Origin: Cyanophora paradoxa CCMP329 | Taxonomy: Eukaryota; Plantae; Glaucophyta | Reading direction: 5' to 3' | DNA: 64,000 nucleotides | NCBI GenBank assembly: GCA_004431415.1 | Contig: QPMI01000673.1 | Location: 29,510-93,509 of the forward strand | Part shown: positions 25,640 through 38,347 of the stretch, piece after piece | Position numbering within the stretch: position 1 is the first letter of the stretch | Layout: each line of letters opens with the position of its first letter | The notes under the pieces: model-generated | Databases searched by the model: none | The model's input: the letters and a program-made list of their open reading frames with translations, nothing else | Told to the model about the DNA's origin: nothing | Translations under genes and position numbers: made by a program

Positions 25640-25947
25640 CCGTCGACGAGGACGCGCTTCTTGCAAAGGAGGAAGCCGAATACGAGACCAAGGTCAGCCG
25701 GTGCGGGGTACGCTAGCAAGCAAACGATCGAAAGGCGACTTGGGCTCCCCCCGGCACGATCGCGTGTTATTGTAGTGCCACATAGCAGGGCGAAAGTGCG
25801 GCGGCCGCGATGGCTATGCTGCGCTTCCCGCCGTGCGTGCCGCAGCTTCGTCCGTCGCTGATCCAGCACACGGGTTTCAACCCGGCACCCGTCGACGAGG
25901 ACGCGCTTCTTGCAAAGGAGGAAGCCGAATACGAGACCAAGGTCAGC
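25640..25947 (+). repeat. 59-bp exact direct repeat (25640-25698 and 25889-25947)
   Basis: CCGTCGACGAGGACGCGCTTCTTGCAAAGGAGGAAGCCGAATACGAGACCAAGGTCAGC occurs twice. Confidence 0.95.
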
Positions 25948-26187
25948 ACGCCGCCCGCCGTTGCCGCCGCGCGCACCCAATAGGCGGCAGATGGCAGCCG
26001 TACGGGACTTCCAGGCGCCTAAGCCCATCGGGATGCTGAGTGAGGCGCGGCACGAAGACGAGGAGGCTGAGGGGGAGGTGAGGAACCCGCAGCGCGCGCC
26101 CGCGCGCCTTGCTGAGTTGCCGTCTCCCGCAAACAGGAGGAGGCTGAAGAGGAAGTCGAGGAAGACGATGAAATGGACGCGACTTGA
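25810..26187 (+). CDS. Anaphase-promoting complex subunit 15-like small acidic protein (3 exons)
   Basis: Spliced: MAMLRFPPCVPQLRPSLIQHTGFNPAPVDEDALLAKEEAEYETK|MAAVRDFQAPKPIGMLSEARHEDEEAEGE|EEAEEEVEEDDEMDAT*; FP..P..FN..E..L..E..PIG plus acidic tail resembles APC15. Confidence 0.55.
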
Positions 26188-26447
26188 GAGCATCTATTTC
26201 AACGGACAACTTCAAGTGTCCTGTGCAGTTTTTGAAAGCTGCGCGGCGAAGCAGTCCGCCACAGCGGCGGTACACCGGAGCTCTCGGCAATCGGGCGCGG
26301 CATGGCTCGAGGCAGCCACCGCCGCCACTATCGGAGCTGCCTCGCAATTAAATGTCGTGGATCATGATCTCCGCTTATGCATGTCATCTTTATGCGCATC
26401 GATAACACGTGAATCGTAATCGGGGCTGCAGTGGGCGGCTGGAGGGG

Positions 26448-28322
26448 TCAAGGCGCGGGGGGGTCCCTGGGGGCGGTGCTTTCGAGGAGGTCGGCGACGA
26501 GGGCCTCCACGCGGGGGACGATCTCGCTGAACGGCGGCCGCAGCACCGGCGACTCTGCGGCCGGCTTGCCTCCGCCCGAGGCCAGCACGCGCCCGGCCGG
26601 CCGGGCGGGGGCGCACCGGCCCAGCACTGCTCAATGAGGGGGATGAACTGGGGGTACGGACACACTTCGGCGTTGAGCGTGGGCCTGGGCGGGGCGAGCG
26701 AGTGGGCATGGGCGGGGCGGGGTTGCGGTGGCGGGGCGGGGACCGGAGGCCGGTGCGGGCGACGCGGGCGCCGAGGACGGCGGGGGCGAGGCCGAACTCC
26801 TCGTAGGGGAGCTGCCGCGTGAGCAGCTCGTAGAGCATCAGCCCGTAGCTGTACACGTCCACCTGCGCCCGCGCACCCTGAGGTCCCCGTCCCCGGCGGG
26901 GCGGGGCGGGGCGGGCCTTCTCGTCGGCCTTCTCCTCGCGCATGACCTCGGGGGCGATGTGCTGGTAGGTGCCGCAGGGCGTGAAGACCCGCCGCCCCTC
27001 CAGCTCGATCGTGAACCCGAAGTCCGCTGCCCCCGCCCCTCGGCGCCCCGCCCCCGCCGCGGCCCTGCCGGGGGCGCCGCACCGAGCTTGGGGGTCCAGT
27101 CCTCGGTCAGCATCACTGCGGAGGCCCCGGGGCCTCAGGGCGCCGGGCCGGGCGGGGGTGCGGGGCGGGTGAGGGGCCGGGGCGCACCGTTGTCGCACTT
27201 GAGGTCGCGGTGGAGGACGGGGGGCGAGCGGGCGTGCATCGCGGCGACGGCGCGGGCGACGCCGAGGGCCACGCGGGCCACCAGCCACGGCTCCAGCACG
27301 AACTTCCCGTCGTCCAGGTACTTCTTCAGGCTCCCCTGCATGGCCATGCGCGCCCCCGCCCCTCAGCCCCGCCCCGCCTGCCCGCCCCGCGCGGGCCCCG
27401 CGGCTGCCGAGGGGCTGCACTGGGCCCGCGCACCCGGCTGCATAGCTCCATGAGGAGGAAGAGCTTCGGTTCCTTCACGTTGCCACCGTAACACCGCACC
27501 ACTGCCCGGCGTCAGGCGCGCGGCGCGGCGGGCGCGGGCGAGGGGAGCTCCCGATGCACCGTTGGGGTGGCGTATCGAGCTGGCGGAGGCGGGGGGGACG
27601 CGTCAGGGACTTAGAGAGCGCACGTGGTCAAGGCAGAAGCGTGGTGGACCTCATGATGCGAACCTGCGGGCCGTCGGGTCAGGGCGGGGATGGAGCGCTA
27701 GCGTGGCGAAGGCAGCGGTGCGGGGGCGGGGGGCGGGGGCGCACCTCCCGCTCGAAGTCGGTGATGTCCTTCGGAGACTCGATGTCCGCCATCCGCACCA
27801 CCTTCACGGCCACCTCGTGGCCCCGCCACGTCGCCCTGAAGACCTGCGCCCGGGCCCCGCTACTCGCCCGCCGGCCAGCGCGCGCGCACGCGAGCCGCGG
27901 AGGCCGGCGACGCACGTCCGCGAAGGACCCGTAACCGAACCGCCTGCGCTCTGTCCGCTTGACCTCGTCAAACGGTACATCGAAGACCGGCCCCATCTCG
28001 TCCAGGCTCGAGCTCGCTGCGCGCGGCGTCTGCGGTCGTCTACAGCAGCGACCGAACGTGGCAGTTTCTCACTTGCTGGCGGCGGCGCTGGGGCCTCCTG
28101 TGCCGGCTGGGCCGACTCAGACGCCCGCGAAACGACCGCTGGCGCGGCGGCCTTCGTTGACGAACTCGAGTTCTCGTCGTGCCTTCCGTGCAGCGTCAAT
28201 TCGCTCATGCGCGCTTCCAGCTCCCGCGGCGCAGCAGCCGCGTTCTGAAGCAGCATGGCCGCGGCGTTCCGCGCGGCGGCGGATCGCGCTTCCCCCCCGG
28301 ACATAAGCGTGCTTTTGCTCAT
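26448..28322 (-). CDS. TKL/Raf-like Ser/Thr protein kinase
   Basis: GYGSFADV, ATWRGHEVAVK, HRDLKCDN, DFG, CGTYQHIAPEV, DVYSYGLMLYELLT. Confidence 0.92.
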
Positions 28323-28653
28323 GAGAGCCAGAGCTGTGCTAAACGAGGCGGTGCCAGCGAGGGGCCAACTGCCGCTAAGCGGCGGTATCCCCCTCGCGAG
28401 CACGGTCCTGCACGGAGCTCAGGCGGCGCAAGCCGCGGCCCGCAGGCTGGCGTCTACAGCTGGCGCGTGTGCGGATCATCGCTTTGTCTGCCGAGAGTGT
28501 CCACAGTGTCCACATTTTGAAAATATGGTGTGCGACGAAGGCAAGCCGACCGCAGCCGCGGCCGAGCAAAACAAACGAAATCTACTGGAGCTATGGGCAA
28601 CGGTGAGGTTTCTGTGCTTTGGGGCCGCCGCAACGACCCTCTGCCAGGCCCGC

Positions 28654-31600
28654 GATGACCTCCGCAAACGAGGCCAGCGCTGCGGCCGCAGCTGTGGCCG
28701 GCATAGTTATTCGCCGCCTTCGTCACGATCTGACCGAGCGCTCGCAGCAACAAATCGACAACAGGAAATACACGAGTTACCTAGCTTGGTTCGCGCCCAA
28801 CCCCCGCCGCCTAGATCAGTGCGATCTGAACAGCACAATACGCTTTGCAGTCTCGCGTCATCTAGACCGCGTTCCTAGTCCGTTCCCCCGGCGTCTGATT
28901 CGCGGTTGCAGGGAGGCGGATCGGGAGCGCGTGATGGACGTCTATCTCGCGCAGGCCAAGACCATGGCCGACGTTGTCTACCTTCGCGAGTTCCTAAGGT
29001 CGCCCCAGCACCGGTGACGTGGCGCGTCGCAGCTCACTTCGGTCGCATAGGAATGCGGGAAAGGCGGTCGCCCAGCACCTGACGCGGATCCACGAGCAGC
29101 GCGTCCAGGATCTCGAAACTCAAGTCGGTGCGGTCTTCGCGCGACCGCATCTGCGCCGTCCAGCTCACATCCGCCGCGCTCAGAGATGCTCAACATGACT
29201 AACCACGTGAATTACTTTCCTTCCGGAGAAAAGCTTTTCGCGAAGCTTACCCTCTGCCAGACCTTTGCTGAGGAGCGACGATTCCTTCTGAACGCTCAAG
29301 ATGGGCTAAAGTCGAAGTTCGGTGCGCGTACTCCTCTCTGGTTTCTTTTTGCTTTCTTTTTATGAGGCTCGCAGCTGCGGACAAGGCGGACCTTGTAAAC
29401 AGGCTGTGCGTGGCGAGCAGAGAGCGTCCCGGGGGCGAGCGGGGGCGGCTCACGCGAGGGGCGCAGGGAGACGGCGACGGCGCACGTGATGGAGCAGCGG
29501 CGGCTGCTCGAGGCCGTCGCTGCCCGCAACTCGAGCGTCCACCTCCCCGCGCTGCCCCCCGAGCTCGAGGTCGCCTCTCGCCCCCCCCCCTCCCCTCCCT
29601 GGGCGCGCGCGAGGCGGGTTGGCTCACGGCGTGATGTGCAGGGCCTGAAGCGGGAGCAGGAGGCGCCGACGGGGGGGAGCGGGCGGCTGCGGGCGGGGAA
29701 CGCGTCGCCGACGAGCCTGGAGGTGGAGGCGGTGATGTCGATGCCGCGCTCGAGCAGCCGGGGCGCCGTCATCGGGCGCGTCTCGGAGGAGGGGGAGATC
29801 CGGGAGCTGCGCGTCGCCCTCAAGGCGAGCGAGGCGGAGAAGCGGCAGCTGCAGGAGCGCTTCGACCGCGACGTCGGCATGCTCCGCGCCGCCATCGAGC
29901 AGGTCGAGTCCGAGCGCGCCGCCATGGCGATGCGCGCCGAGGACCTCGACCAGCGCCGCGGTCCGCCCCGCCCCGCCCCGGCCCCCGGCCCCCCGAGGCC
30001 GACGCCCCGCGCAGCGCGTGCCGAGCACGAGGCCCTGCGGCTCAAGGCGGAGATGGAGAAGGCGGGGGCGGGCGGGGCGGGCGGCGGCTCGGCGTGGAGC
30101 TTCCTGGGCGCGGCGCGGTCGCCGTCGCCGTCGCCGGCGGCGGGAGCGTCCGGTGCGGAGGAGCTGCGGGCGATGCGGCAGCGGGTGGCGGAGGCGCGGC
30201 GGGAGGTGCAGACGCTGGAAGAGATGGCGCACACGCTGAGCGGCGAGCTCGAGCGGCTCGTCTCGGAGCGCGCCGACGCCGCCCTCGCGGTCGCAGCCAT
30301 GCGCCGCGACGCGGCCGCCCTCGCCTACGCCATCGGCGAGCACGCCGCCGAGGACGAGCGGCTCCGGGCGGAGCTGCAGACGGCGCGGGCGGAGCGGGAG
30401 GAGCTGGCGCGGCGGGCGGAGCTGCTCACGGGCCAGGCGGAGGCGGCGCTGCAGGCGGCCATGTCGCAGGCCGGCGAGCTCGGGGAGCGGGCGGCGCACC
30501 TCGCGAGCGGCTCCGCGCGGCGCGGCAAGCGGGAGGCGGAGCTGATGAAGCAGGTGGGGCAGCTGCGGGAGGAGCTCGAGCACGCGCGGGGGGCGCAGGC
30601 GGGGGCGGAGCGGAAGCTGGCGGCGATGGTGCACGCGCACGGGGAGGTGGAGGCGAGCGAGCGGGCGGCGCGGGAGGTGCAGTGGCGGCTCGAGGAGGAG
30701 GGCCGCGAGCTCAACCGGCACCTCCTCGCCGTGAACAAGGAGGCCGAGGTCCTCAAGGAGGCCCTCCGCAGCGCCGAGCTCGCCCGCGACGCCGCCGACG
30801 CCGAGCGCGCCGCCCTCCGCGCCCAGCTCCGCGCCGCCGGCATCGCCCCCGCCGCCGCCGCCGCCGCCCGAGCGCCGCCCCGTGCGCGGAGGAGGAGGTC
30901 CCCGTGGCGCACGCCTCGCCCGACGGCCCGCGCCGCTTCGTGCGCGCCGTGCGGCCCTCCGCCGGCCGATCCCCGACGGGGGCCGCCCCAGCGCCGACGG
31001 GAGCGCCCGCTCCGCGGGCCGAAGCGACAGCGGGACCCCGAGCTGGAGAGTCCCCGCGGGGGGCGCGGGGCGGCCGCCCTCGAGAGCCCCGCGCGCCGCA
31101 CGCCGCCCCGCCTGCCCCGCCCCGCCCCGCAGGCCGACGCCGCCCCGGCGGCCGCCCCGGCGCTGGCGGCGGCGCCAACAGTGGACGAGGCGGTGGTCGC
31201 CTGTCTGAGGGAGCGCGCGGAGGCGGCCGAGGGACGGCTGCGGGGGCAGAGGCGGCGGCGGCGGGGCGGCGGAGCAGCGGGCGGCGCTGGAGGCGGAGCT
31301 GGCGCGGCTGCGGGAGGAGCTCGAGCGGATGCGCGCCGAGGCAGCGCTCGCCGCGGAGGCGGCCGCGGCGGCCGCGGAGGCGGCCGCGGCGCTCCCGGAG
31401 GCGGAGCTGGAAGCGGCGGCGGCAGCGGAGGCGGCGGCGGAGGCGGAGGGGGGGGCGCGGGGCGGGCCGGTGTCGCCGGCGCTGGAGGCGGCGCTGCCGA
31501 CGGGCCCGGAGCAGGAGCTGAGCCTGGAGGTGGCGCAGCTGAAGGACCGGGTGGCGGAGCTGCTCGAGGACCGGGACGGGTACATGCGCGAGATCGAGAG

Positions 31601-32669
31601 CCTCGAGGACGGCCTCGTCGACCGGGACCTGGTCCGCACCCCGCGCCGCCCCCGCCGGGGCCGGCCCGAGGCGCCGCCCCCGCAGAAGCTCGCGGAGATC
31701 CAGGCGATGTCCGACGCGACCATCAACGGCCTCAACGCCCAGGCGCCGCCGGCCCCGCCTGAGCCCCGCGCCCCGTCGCTGAGGCGCCCCCGCAGGTCGC
31801 GGTGCTCAAGGCGCGGGTCGCCCAGCTCGAGGCCGTCCTGCCCGCCAGCGCCCGCAGCGGGCCGCCGGAGGACCCGCGGAGCCCCTCGCAGAGCCGAACG
31901 CCGGCGCGCAAGGCCGCCGGCGCCGCGAGGCCGCCGGCCGGCCCCGGCGACGCGAAGCCGACGCGGACGTCCCTCACGGGGCGCACTCCGGTCGTCGGGG
32001 CCTCCGCGCCAGCGGGCCGGCCCCTGGTCGACCCCCACGGGGGCCGCCGCCCGCGCCGCCCGCGGCCCCTCGCCGCCTCGGCGACGGGCTCGCTGGCGGT
32101 GGAGAACGGGGCGGGGCCGGGGCCGGGCCGGCGCGGATGAGCCCGTCGCGGGAGGCGCGCTTCGCCGGCAAGGCGCGCTACGCCGAGCCCGAGGGCTCCT
32201 CCCGGGCGGGAGCCCCGCGCGGGGCCGCAGCCCGCGCCCCGCGCCCCTCTCCTCCGACTCCCTCGACGCCCTGTGCGCCCCACAGGGCCCCCGGCCGCCC
32301 CGCCCGCCGCCTCACCGCCCCGCGCAGGCTCGACATCGTCCACGGCGGCTCCTCCTCCGAGATGCCCCTCGGTGCGCCCGCCGCCCTCTCCCCCGCCCCG
32401 CCGGCGGCGAGCGGGGGCCGGCAGGGGAGCCGGTGCGGTGCGAGAGCCCGACGCTGCCGGCGCGGGAGGAGGCGGAGGCGTGCTCGCCAGCGCTGCAGGG
32501 CGCCCTCGCCCCGCCCCTCTCCGCCTCCGCCTCCGCCCTCGACGCCTCGCCCCTCGCCTCCCCCTCCAGGGCGCCCCTCTCGTACCCCGCCAGCCCCATC
32601 CTCTCCGAAGAGCAGCGCGCCGCCGCCCCCCCGACCCGCCTCCGCCTCCCCGCTTCCCGCAGGCTCTGA
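28654..32669 (+). CDS. Large coiled-coil protein of unknown function (exon structure uncertain; may be two genes)
   Basis: Long heptad-rich E/R/A/L stretches in spliced frames and typical small introns. Confidence 0.5.
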
Positions 32670-32962
32670 TCCCGGCCCCAGGCCCCTATTTCGTTCTTCC
32701 ATTTCAACCCCAGAAGCTTCCCATCACATGCGTGCATTCTTTGAACCATTTATGGGACTGATGATTATTCGTGTATTGTTTTTTGATCAACAGATTAAAC
32801 AGCTCCGAGGCTCCACAAGACAAACAGGGCCTGCGCGTCTTCGCAGTGCTATGGTTATCATGTTCGATAGGACATTCTGGGATCAGAGTGGGGGGCAGGC
32901 TCGGAAGAAGGGATGGGGCGGGGGTGCTGTGGCCCTCGTGTGGGGTGCTGTGGGGGCGGGGG

Positions 32963-35900
32963 CTAGCAGCAGGCGTTGGAGGCCTCCTCGTTCATCCTGC
33001 GGTAGTCGGCGAGGACGTGCTCCAGCCACGCCCGCTCCCCCTCCGTCATCGACTCGCCCAGGGCCCCCTCCCCCGCCCCGCCCTCGTCCGCCGCCGCCTC
33101 CTCCGCCTCCGCCGGCGCCTCCTCCTCGCCCCCCTCGGGGGGCGGCGCGCTCTGCTCCCCCGCCGCCTCCGCCACCTCGAAGTCCTCCTCGTACTCCCCC
33201 GCCGGCGTCGGCGGGCGCGGCGGCGGCTCGAACGGCTGCAGGGGACCCCGCGGCCGTACCGCAGGCGCCTCCTCGCCGGCCGCCGCGCCGCCCGAGAGGC
33301 TAAGCGACTCCAGCCTGCGCGCCGCCGAGGGGACGCTCGCCGCCGCTGCCGCCGCCTTGCGGTCGGGCTTGCGCACGGGTGGCGGCGCCGCCTCCTCCGG
33401 AGGCGGCGGCGCGCTCTGCTCCCCCGCCGCCTCGCCGACAGCAAACGGGTCCCCCTCGGCGGACGCCCGCCGGGGCGGCGGCTTGGCCGGCGCCGGCGCC
33501 GCCCGGGCCGCGGAGGCGGGGCGCTGCGGGCCGGATGCGGGGGCGGCCTTGTGCGCGGCTCGCGCCGCCATGGCGGCCTCGTAGGGCAAGGGCTTGGCGG
33601 CGGGGGCCGAGGCGGGGCGCGCCGCCCCCGCCGGCTTGACGGCCTTGGAAGGCCTCGAGGAGGGGGCGGGAGGCGCCGCCGGCTTCGCGGGGCCGGCGCT
33701 GCGGGGGCGGGGGCGAAGCTCGCGGCGTACTCGCCGTAGACGCGCTGCCGGAAGGCGTCCCCCTCTGCCGACTCCCGCACCGCGCCCGCCCCGCTCGCCT
33801 CCGCCGGCGGCGGCGGCGGGGGCGCACTCTGCTCGCCCGCCCCGTCGTCCACCGCCGCGAAGGGGTCTGCCGCCTCCTGCCGCAGCTTGGCCGCCGCCCG
33901 CGCCCGCCCCGCCGCCGCCGCCGCCGACTCCGACCGGCCCGACCGGCCCGCCCCGCCGAGGCCTCCCCGCAAAGACGGAGCGTGGCTTGGGCGAGGCTGC
34001 CGCCGCCGTCGCCGACTCGGGCGCCGCCCGCCGCTTGGCCGCCGGCGGGACCGCCTCCGCGGCGCTCCGCGGACTCTCCGTGGCGCGCTCGGCGCGCAGT
34101 CGCCCCGTGCCGGCCGTCCCGAAGCTCGCGCCTGGAGCGCCCCTGCGCGCCTCGGCGGGGGACGCGGCGGGGCGGCGGGGGCGGTCTCGGGGCGGCCCAC
34201 TCGCGCGCCGCCTCCTCGGCCTGCCGCGCCTCGAGCCGCGGGCGCTCGCCGGGCACCGTCCGCCCGAAGGCGGACTTGGGAGGCGGCCTCTCGGCCTCGG
34301 CGAGGCGGCGGGCGGCGGCGCGGCGCTCGCGCTCGTCCTCGGCGAGGGAGCCGCCCCGCAGGAGCACGCGCACGCGGCGCTCGGCGAGGGCGGCGCGCTG
34401 GAGGGCCCCCGGGGCGGTGCCCGTGGCCCCCAGCGTGCCGTAGATCTCGCTGGCGGCGCGGAGGCCCTCGACGGCCTTGCGCTTGCGGCCGCGCGCGGCG
34501 TGCAGCGAGCCGATGAGCTCGAGCGTCGCCGCCGCCTTCTCGCTCCCCGCGCCGTACGTCTCCGCCTCCAGGCGCAGCAGCCGCTCCAGCTCCCCGATCG
34601 CCGCGTCCACGCGCTCCCGGCACACCAGCGACTGCGCGCCACGTCGCGCGCGCCGGGCGGGGGCGGGGGCCGGGCGGGGCGGGCCTGGGCGGAGCGGAGA
34701 GGGCGGCGAGGCGGAGGCGGCGGGTGCGGGCGTCGGACTCGCCGAGGAGGGCGCCGAGGAGGTCGGCGGCGGCCGCCGTGCACGCCACCGCCTCGTCCGC
34801 CCAGCCCGCCCGCAGGTACTCCAGCCCCAGGCTCGCCGCCGCCTCCGCCCCTGCACAGCCCCTCCCGGTCGTGCCCCCGTCCGCTCATGAAGCTCTGCCC
34901 CCGGCGTAAGCGCGGCCCGGCGAAGCGGGGCGGGGTGGGGGCGGGGGCGGGCCTCGTAGATGGCGCGGGCGAGGTCGAGGTGCCGCAGCGCCGGCTGCCG
35001 CTGCGCCAGCGCCAGCCGCATCTGCGCCGCCCGTCTCGGGGGGCCAGGCGGGGCGGGGCGGGGCCGGCGGGGCGCGCGTGTGCGAGGAAGCGGTGCATGC
35101 GGGCGGCCTCGAGGGAGACGCCGCCGGCGGAGCCGGCGAGGGGCGCCCACTGGAGGGCGCCCTCGAGGCAGAGGGCGGCGTCGGGGAAGCGCCCAAGGGC
35201 CGCGAAGGCCGCCGCCGCCAGCACCGCCACGTCGACCGCCGCCCGCCAGGCCCCCTGGGCGCGACTCAGGGGCGGGGGGGCGGGGCGGGGCGGGGCGGGC
35301 GGGCATGGAGGGCGGGGAGCGGGGCGGCGCGAGCGGCGCGGAGGTGGAGGCGGACGAGGCGGAGCGCGTCGCCGGCCCGGCCCTCCGCCCCCCCGCCCCA
35401 CCAGCGCCCCCCGAACGCCTCCAGCGCCGCCCCCGCGCCCACTCCCCCGCCAGCTCGCCCCCGACCGCCCTGCCGCCGCCGCCGCTCGAGGGGCGGGCGA
35501 GGGAGAGATGGGCGGTGGGGGCGGACGCGGGGCCGGGGGGCTCGAGGGAGAGGCCGAGGGGCTCGTCGGGCGGCTGCGGGGCGAGGGCGGCGAGCAGCGC
35601 CGCGCCCCGCGCCGCGTGCTCGAGCGCGCGCCGGGCCCCGGGGCGGCCTCGGCGCGCTCGCGGGCGGAGAGGCGGCCGCGGGCGGCGCGCAGGAGGGGGC
35701 AGAGGAGGTACGAGAAGGAGATATCTAGATTACTGGAGGCGACCTCGCGCGACTCGCTCCCCGCCGCGGCCGCCGCCAGCGCCGCGCACCGCACCCGCCG
35801 CGTGGCGAGGCTCTGCAGCCAGCGCTCCCGCGTCGCCGCCCCGTCCGGTCGGGGATCGCCAGCACGCCTGCGCCCCGTCAGCCGCCGGCGGCGCGGGGGC

Positions 35901-36640
35901 CCCGGCGGGGCGCGCCGTCGAGCAGGAGGCCCTCGAGGGCGGCGCACTGCGCCCAGAGCTCCTCCAGCTCCCGCCGCGGGCCTGCGCGCACCCCGCCCCG
36001 CCCCGCGTCGCTGGCGGGAGGGGGGGGGGAGGGGAGGGGGGGGCGGCGGGGGCGGAAGAAAGCGACGGACCGTCGGCGACGAGGCGCTCGTGGACCTCGA
36101 CCACCTTCCCCGCCGCCCCCGCCGCCCCTGCGCCCCGCTCGCCCCGCCCCGCCCCGCCCCCGCCCCGGCGCCCGCACCAGCTCCCGCACGCCGTCGCCGG
36201 GGCGGAGCTCGAGGACGAGGCGCACGCTCGCGCGCCCCGCCGCCGTCCGCACCCTCAGCTGCACCTCCTCCGGCACGCAGAGCGCGAGGCGCCCCAGCGG
36301 GAGCGTCATCTGCCGCGCCGCCGCCTCGCCGGGGGCGGGGGCCGGCGCGCGGGGAGGCAGGGCGAGGCGGGGGGCGCACGGAGCCAAGCAGGCCCTGCTC
36401 CTCGAAGCCGTCGCTGAGGAGCTCGGCATAGAGCTCGTCGTGCGCGGGGTCGCACCAGAAGCCCAGCCGCTCGTCCCACTGCGCCTCCCCCAGCACGTCT
36501 GCCTTCACCGTCCGCGTCCTCAGCTCCACCCCCCGCACGCACAGCCGCACGCTTACGTCTGCACCGCGCAAGCGCTCGGAGTCAGCTTCTGAGAGCTTAA
36601 GAGCGCGCCCACAGCTTAGCTCGTCAAGGCTGAACTAGCT
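32963..36640 (-). CDS. C2-domain + TPR-like repeat protein (start uncertain)
   Basis: RTRTVKADVLGEAQWDERLGFW..ELYAELLSDG..GLLGS (C2-like); AAATLELIGSLHAARGRKRKAVEGLRAASEIY (TPR-like); low-complexity C-terminus. Confidence 0.55.
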
Positions 36641-37059
36641 TCTTAGCTTATAGCGCTCAGCGTAGGGATGGCATCTCTTATGCAAGCACATCCGCTCATC
36701 CGCGCACCCAGCGGCGCCCCGCCCGGCGCAAACGGGAGGCTGGATGCGGACAAGATGGTCCCGACCAGCACATGGGCTGACGGGAGCGGCATTGGCTCGC
36801 TTTCCGACAGCTACAAGGTAGCGTGAAAGGCTGCGGTTCTGTAACACTCGACTTCTGTCTCTGTTTGAAGGGGGTAGACGTCTTGGTTGATCTCTTGATC
36901 GTATCCCCCCTAGAGACCCCAAGGGACCGTTAACCAATACTCCCACGGATCGGAAAAACTCGAAGCGTAGCGCTGCGTGAAGCTGGTCCTCGGGGACTTG
37001 GTAGGCCGCGCTCGAGCGGCCCGCGCGTTTCGTACGCTTACCTCTGCGCCAAAACAGCG

Positions 37060-38347
37060 ATGGAGGCCTCCCTCGTATCGTTCACATCCGCAGCATCAGT
37101 CAGCGATGCTTCTTCCAGCTTCGTCGGCATTCCCGCACTCCCCACGTTCCACCCCGCTGAGATCCTCAAGTCCTTCTCGCCCGCGTCCTCCCCCGCCGCG
37201 CCGGCCCCGCCGGCAGCTCCAGCTACCAGCCAGCCAACTGGATCGAAGTTTCGATTCGCGCCAGCTGCCGTCCCCGTCGTAACGGTACTGAGCGACGCGG
37301 TCGATGCCTTCCGGTTTTCTTCCGGCCGGGACGCGTTGGCGCTTTTCCGTATTTCGACTCCGGATCGTTCTTACCTTCAACTACCGGGCTTCCACATCCT
37401 CGAGAAGGAGGGCTGGCTTGATGTGCGCCCGGGATCCCTCTCGCGCTCTTGAGCGTTGCAGTCGCCACGAGCCTCACCGAGCCCCGCCGCAGGGCATCGC
37501 TTCTTGGTATGGACCGGGCTTTCACGGGAAGGCTACTGGTTTGTCCCCGCTCGCGGCCCTTTTGCTTTCCCCGGCTTTGCGTCGACGTTTTCTCGCCCTC
37601 AGCCTCGGGAGAAACATACGACCAGCACAGTCTTACTTGCGCACATCCTGTCCTTCCAATGAACACGCTTATCGAGGTATGCGCGTCGCTCGCGGAGCCC
37701 TTGCAGAGTGCGACGTTGCGTCAGGTGGAGAACACCGCAAACGGGAACAAGGTTGTCGTTCGCGTCAACGATCGCGGCCCTTATGCGGATACGCCAGAGG
37801 GAGACCCGCGAATCATCGATCTGTCCCACGGCGCCGCCAAGTACGTGCCGTGCTGACAGGTGTCACGCAAGTGCTCACGGTCCTCCTCCGCAGCCTGCTC
37901 AAGATGCTCCGGTCCGGAGTCTCTCCCGTTAAGCTCCGTGTCCTTCGGTGGCCGGAGAGCATCGACCGCGTGCGGGGGGTCGAAGCGTACCGCCAGGTCT
38001 GCCGCCCGATCAGCCGGCCGCCGCTGCGCCACTGCTGATGCAGCCCTCGCGTAGTGGGTGGTGCAAGTTGGCTCCTTCGAAACACAAAAGCACGCGGAGA
38101 TGCACGTGGCGGCGATGCAAAAGAAATGCCCGTGGGCCAGTGAGCTCTTCATGGTCGACCGGGCCCCGGGCTCTCAGCGCCACAACGTCGTTACCGCTCC
38201 CCAGGCAAGCTTCTTTTCTATTTCCCCAGTTCAATTGGATCGCCGGGCCTGACGGCATCGCAGCCCGATAGCGCAGCGTGCTACGAGCTCGCGGAACGGT
38301 TCAAGCAGGCGGGCGTCAAGACTTTGGTCACTAACCTCCGCAAATGA
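37060..38347 (+). CDS. rlpA: RlpA-family septal lytic transglycosylase (DPBB + SPOR-like domain), nuclear-encoded with introns
   Basis: GIASWYGPGFHGKAT|ASGETYDQHSLTCAHPVLPMNTLIE|VENTANGNKVVVRVNDRGPY..RIIDLSHGAA; C-terminal VQVGSFETQKHAE...ELAERFKQAG; Ser/Ala/Pro-rich N-terminal extension. Confidence 0.9.
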
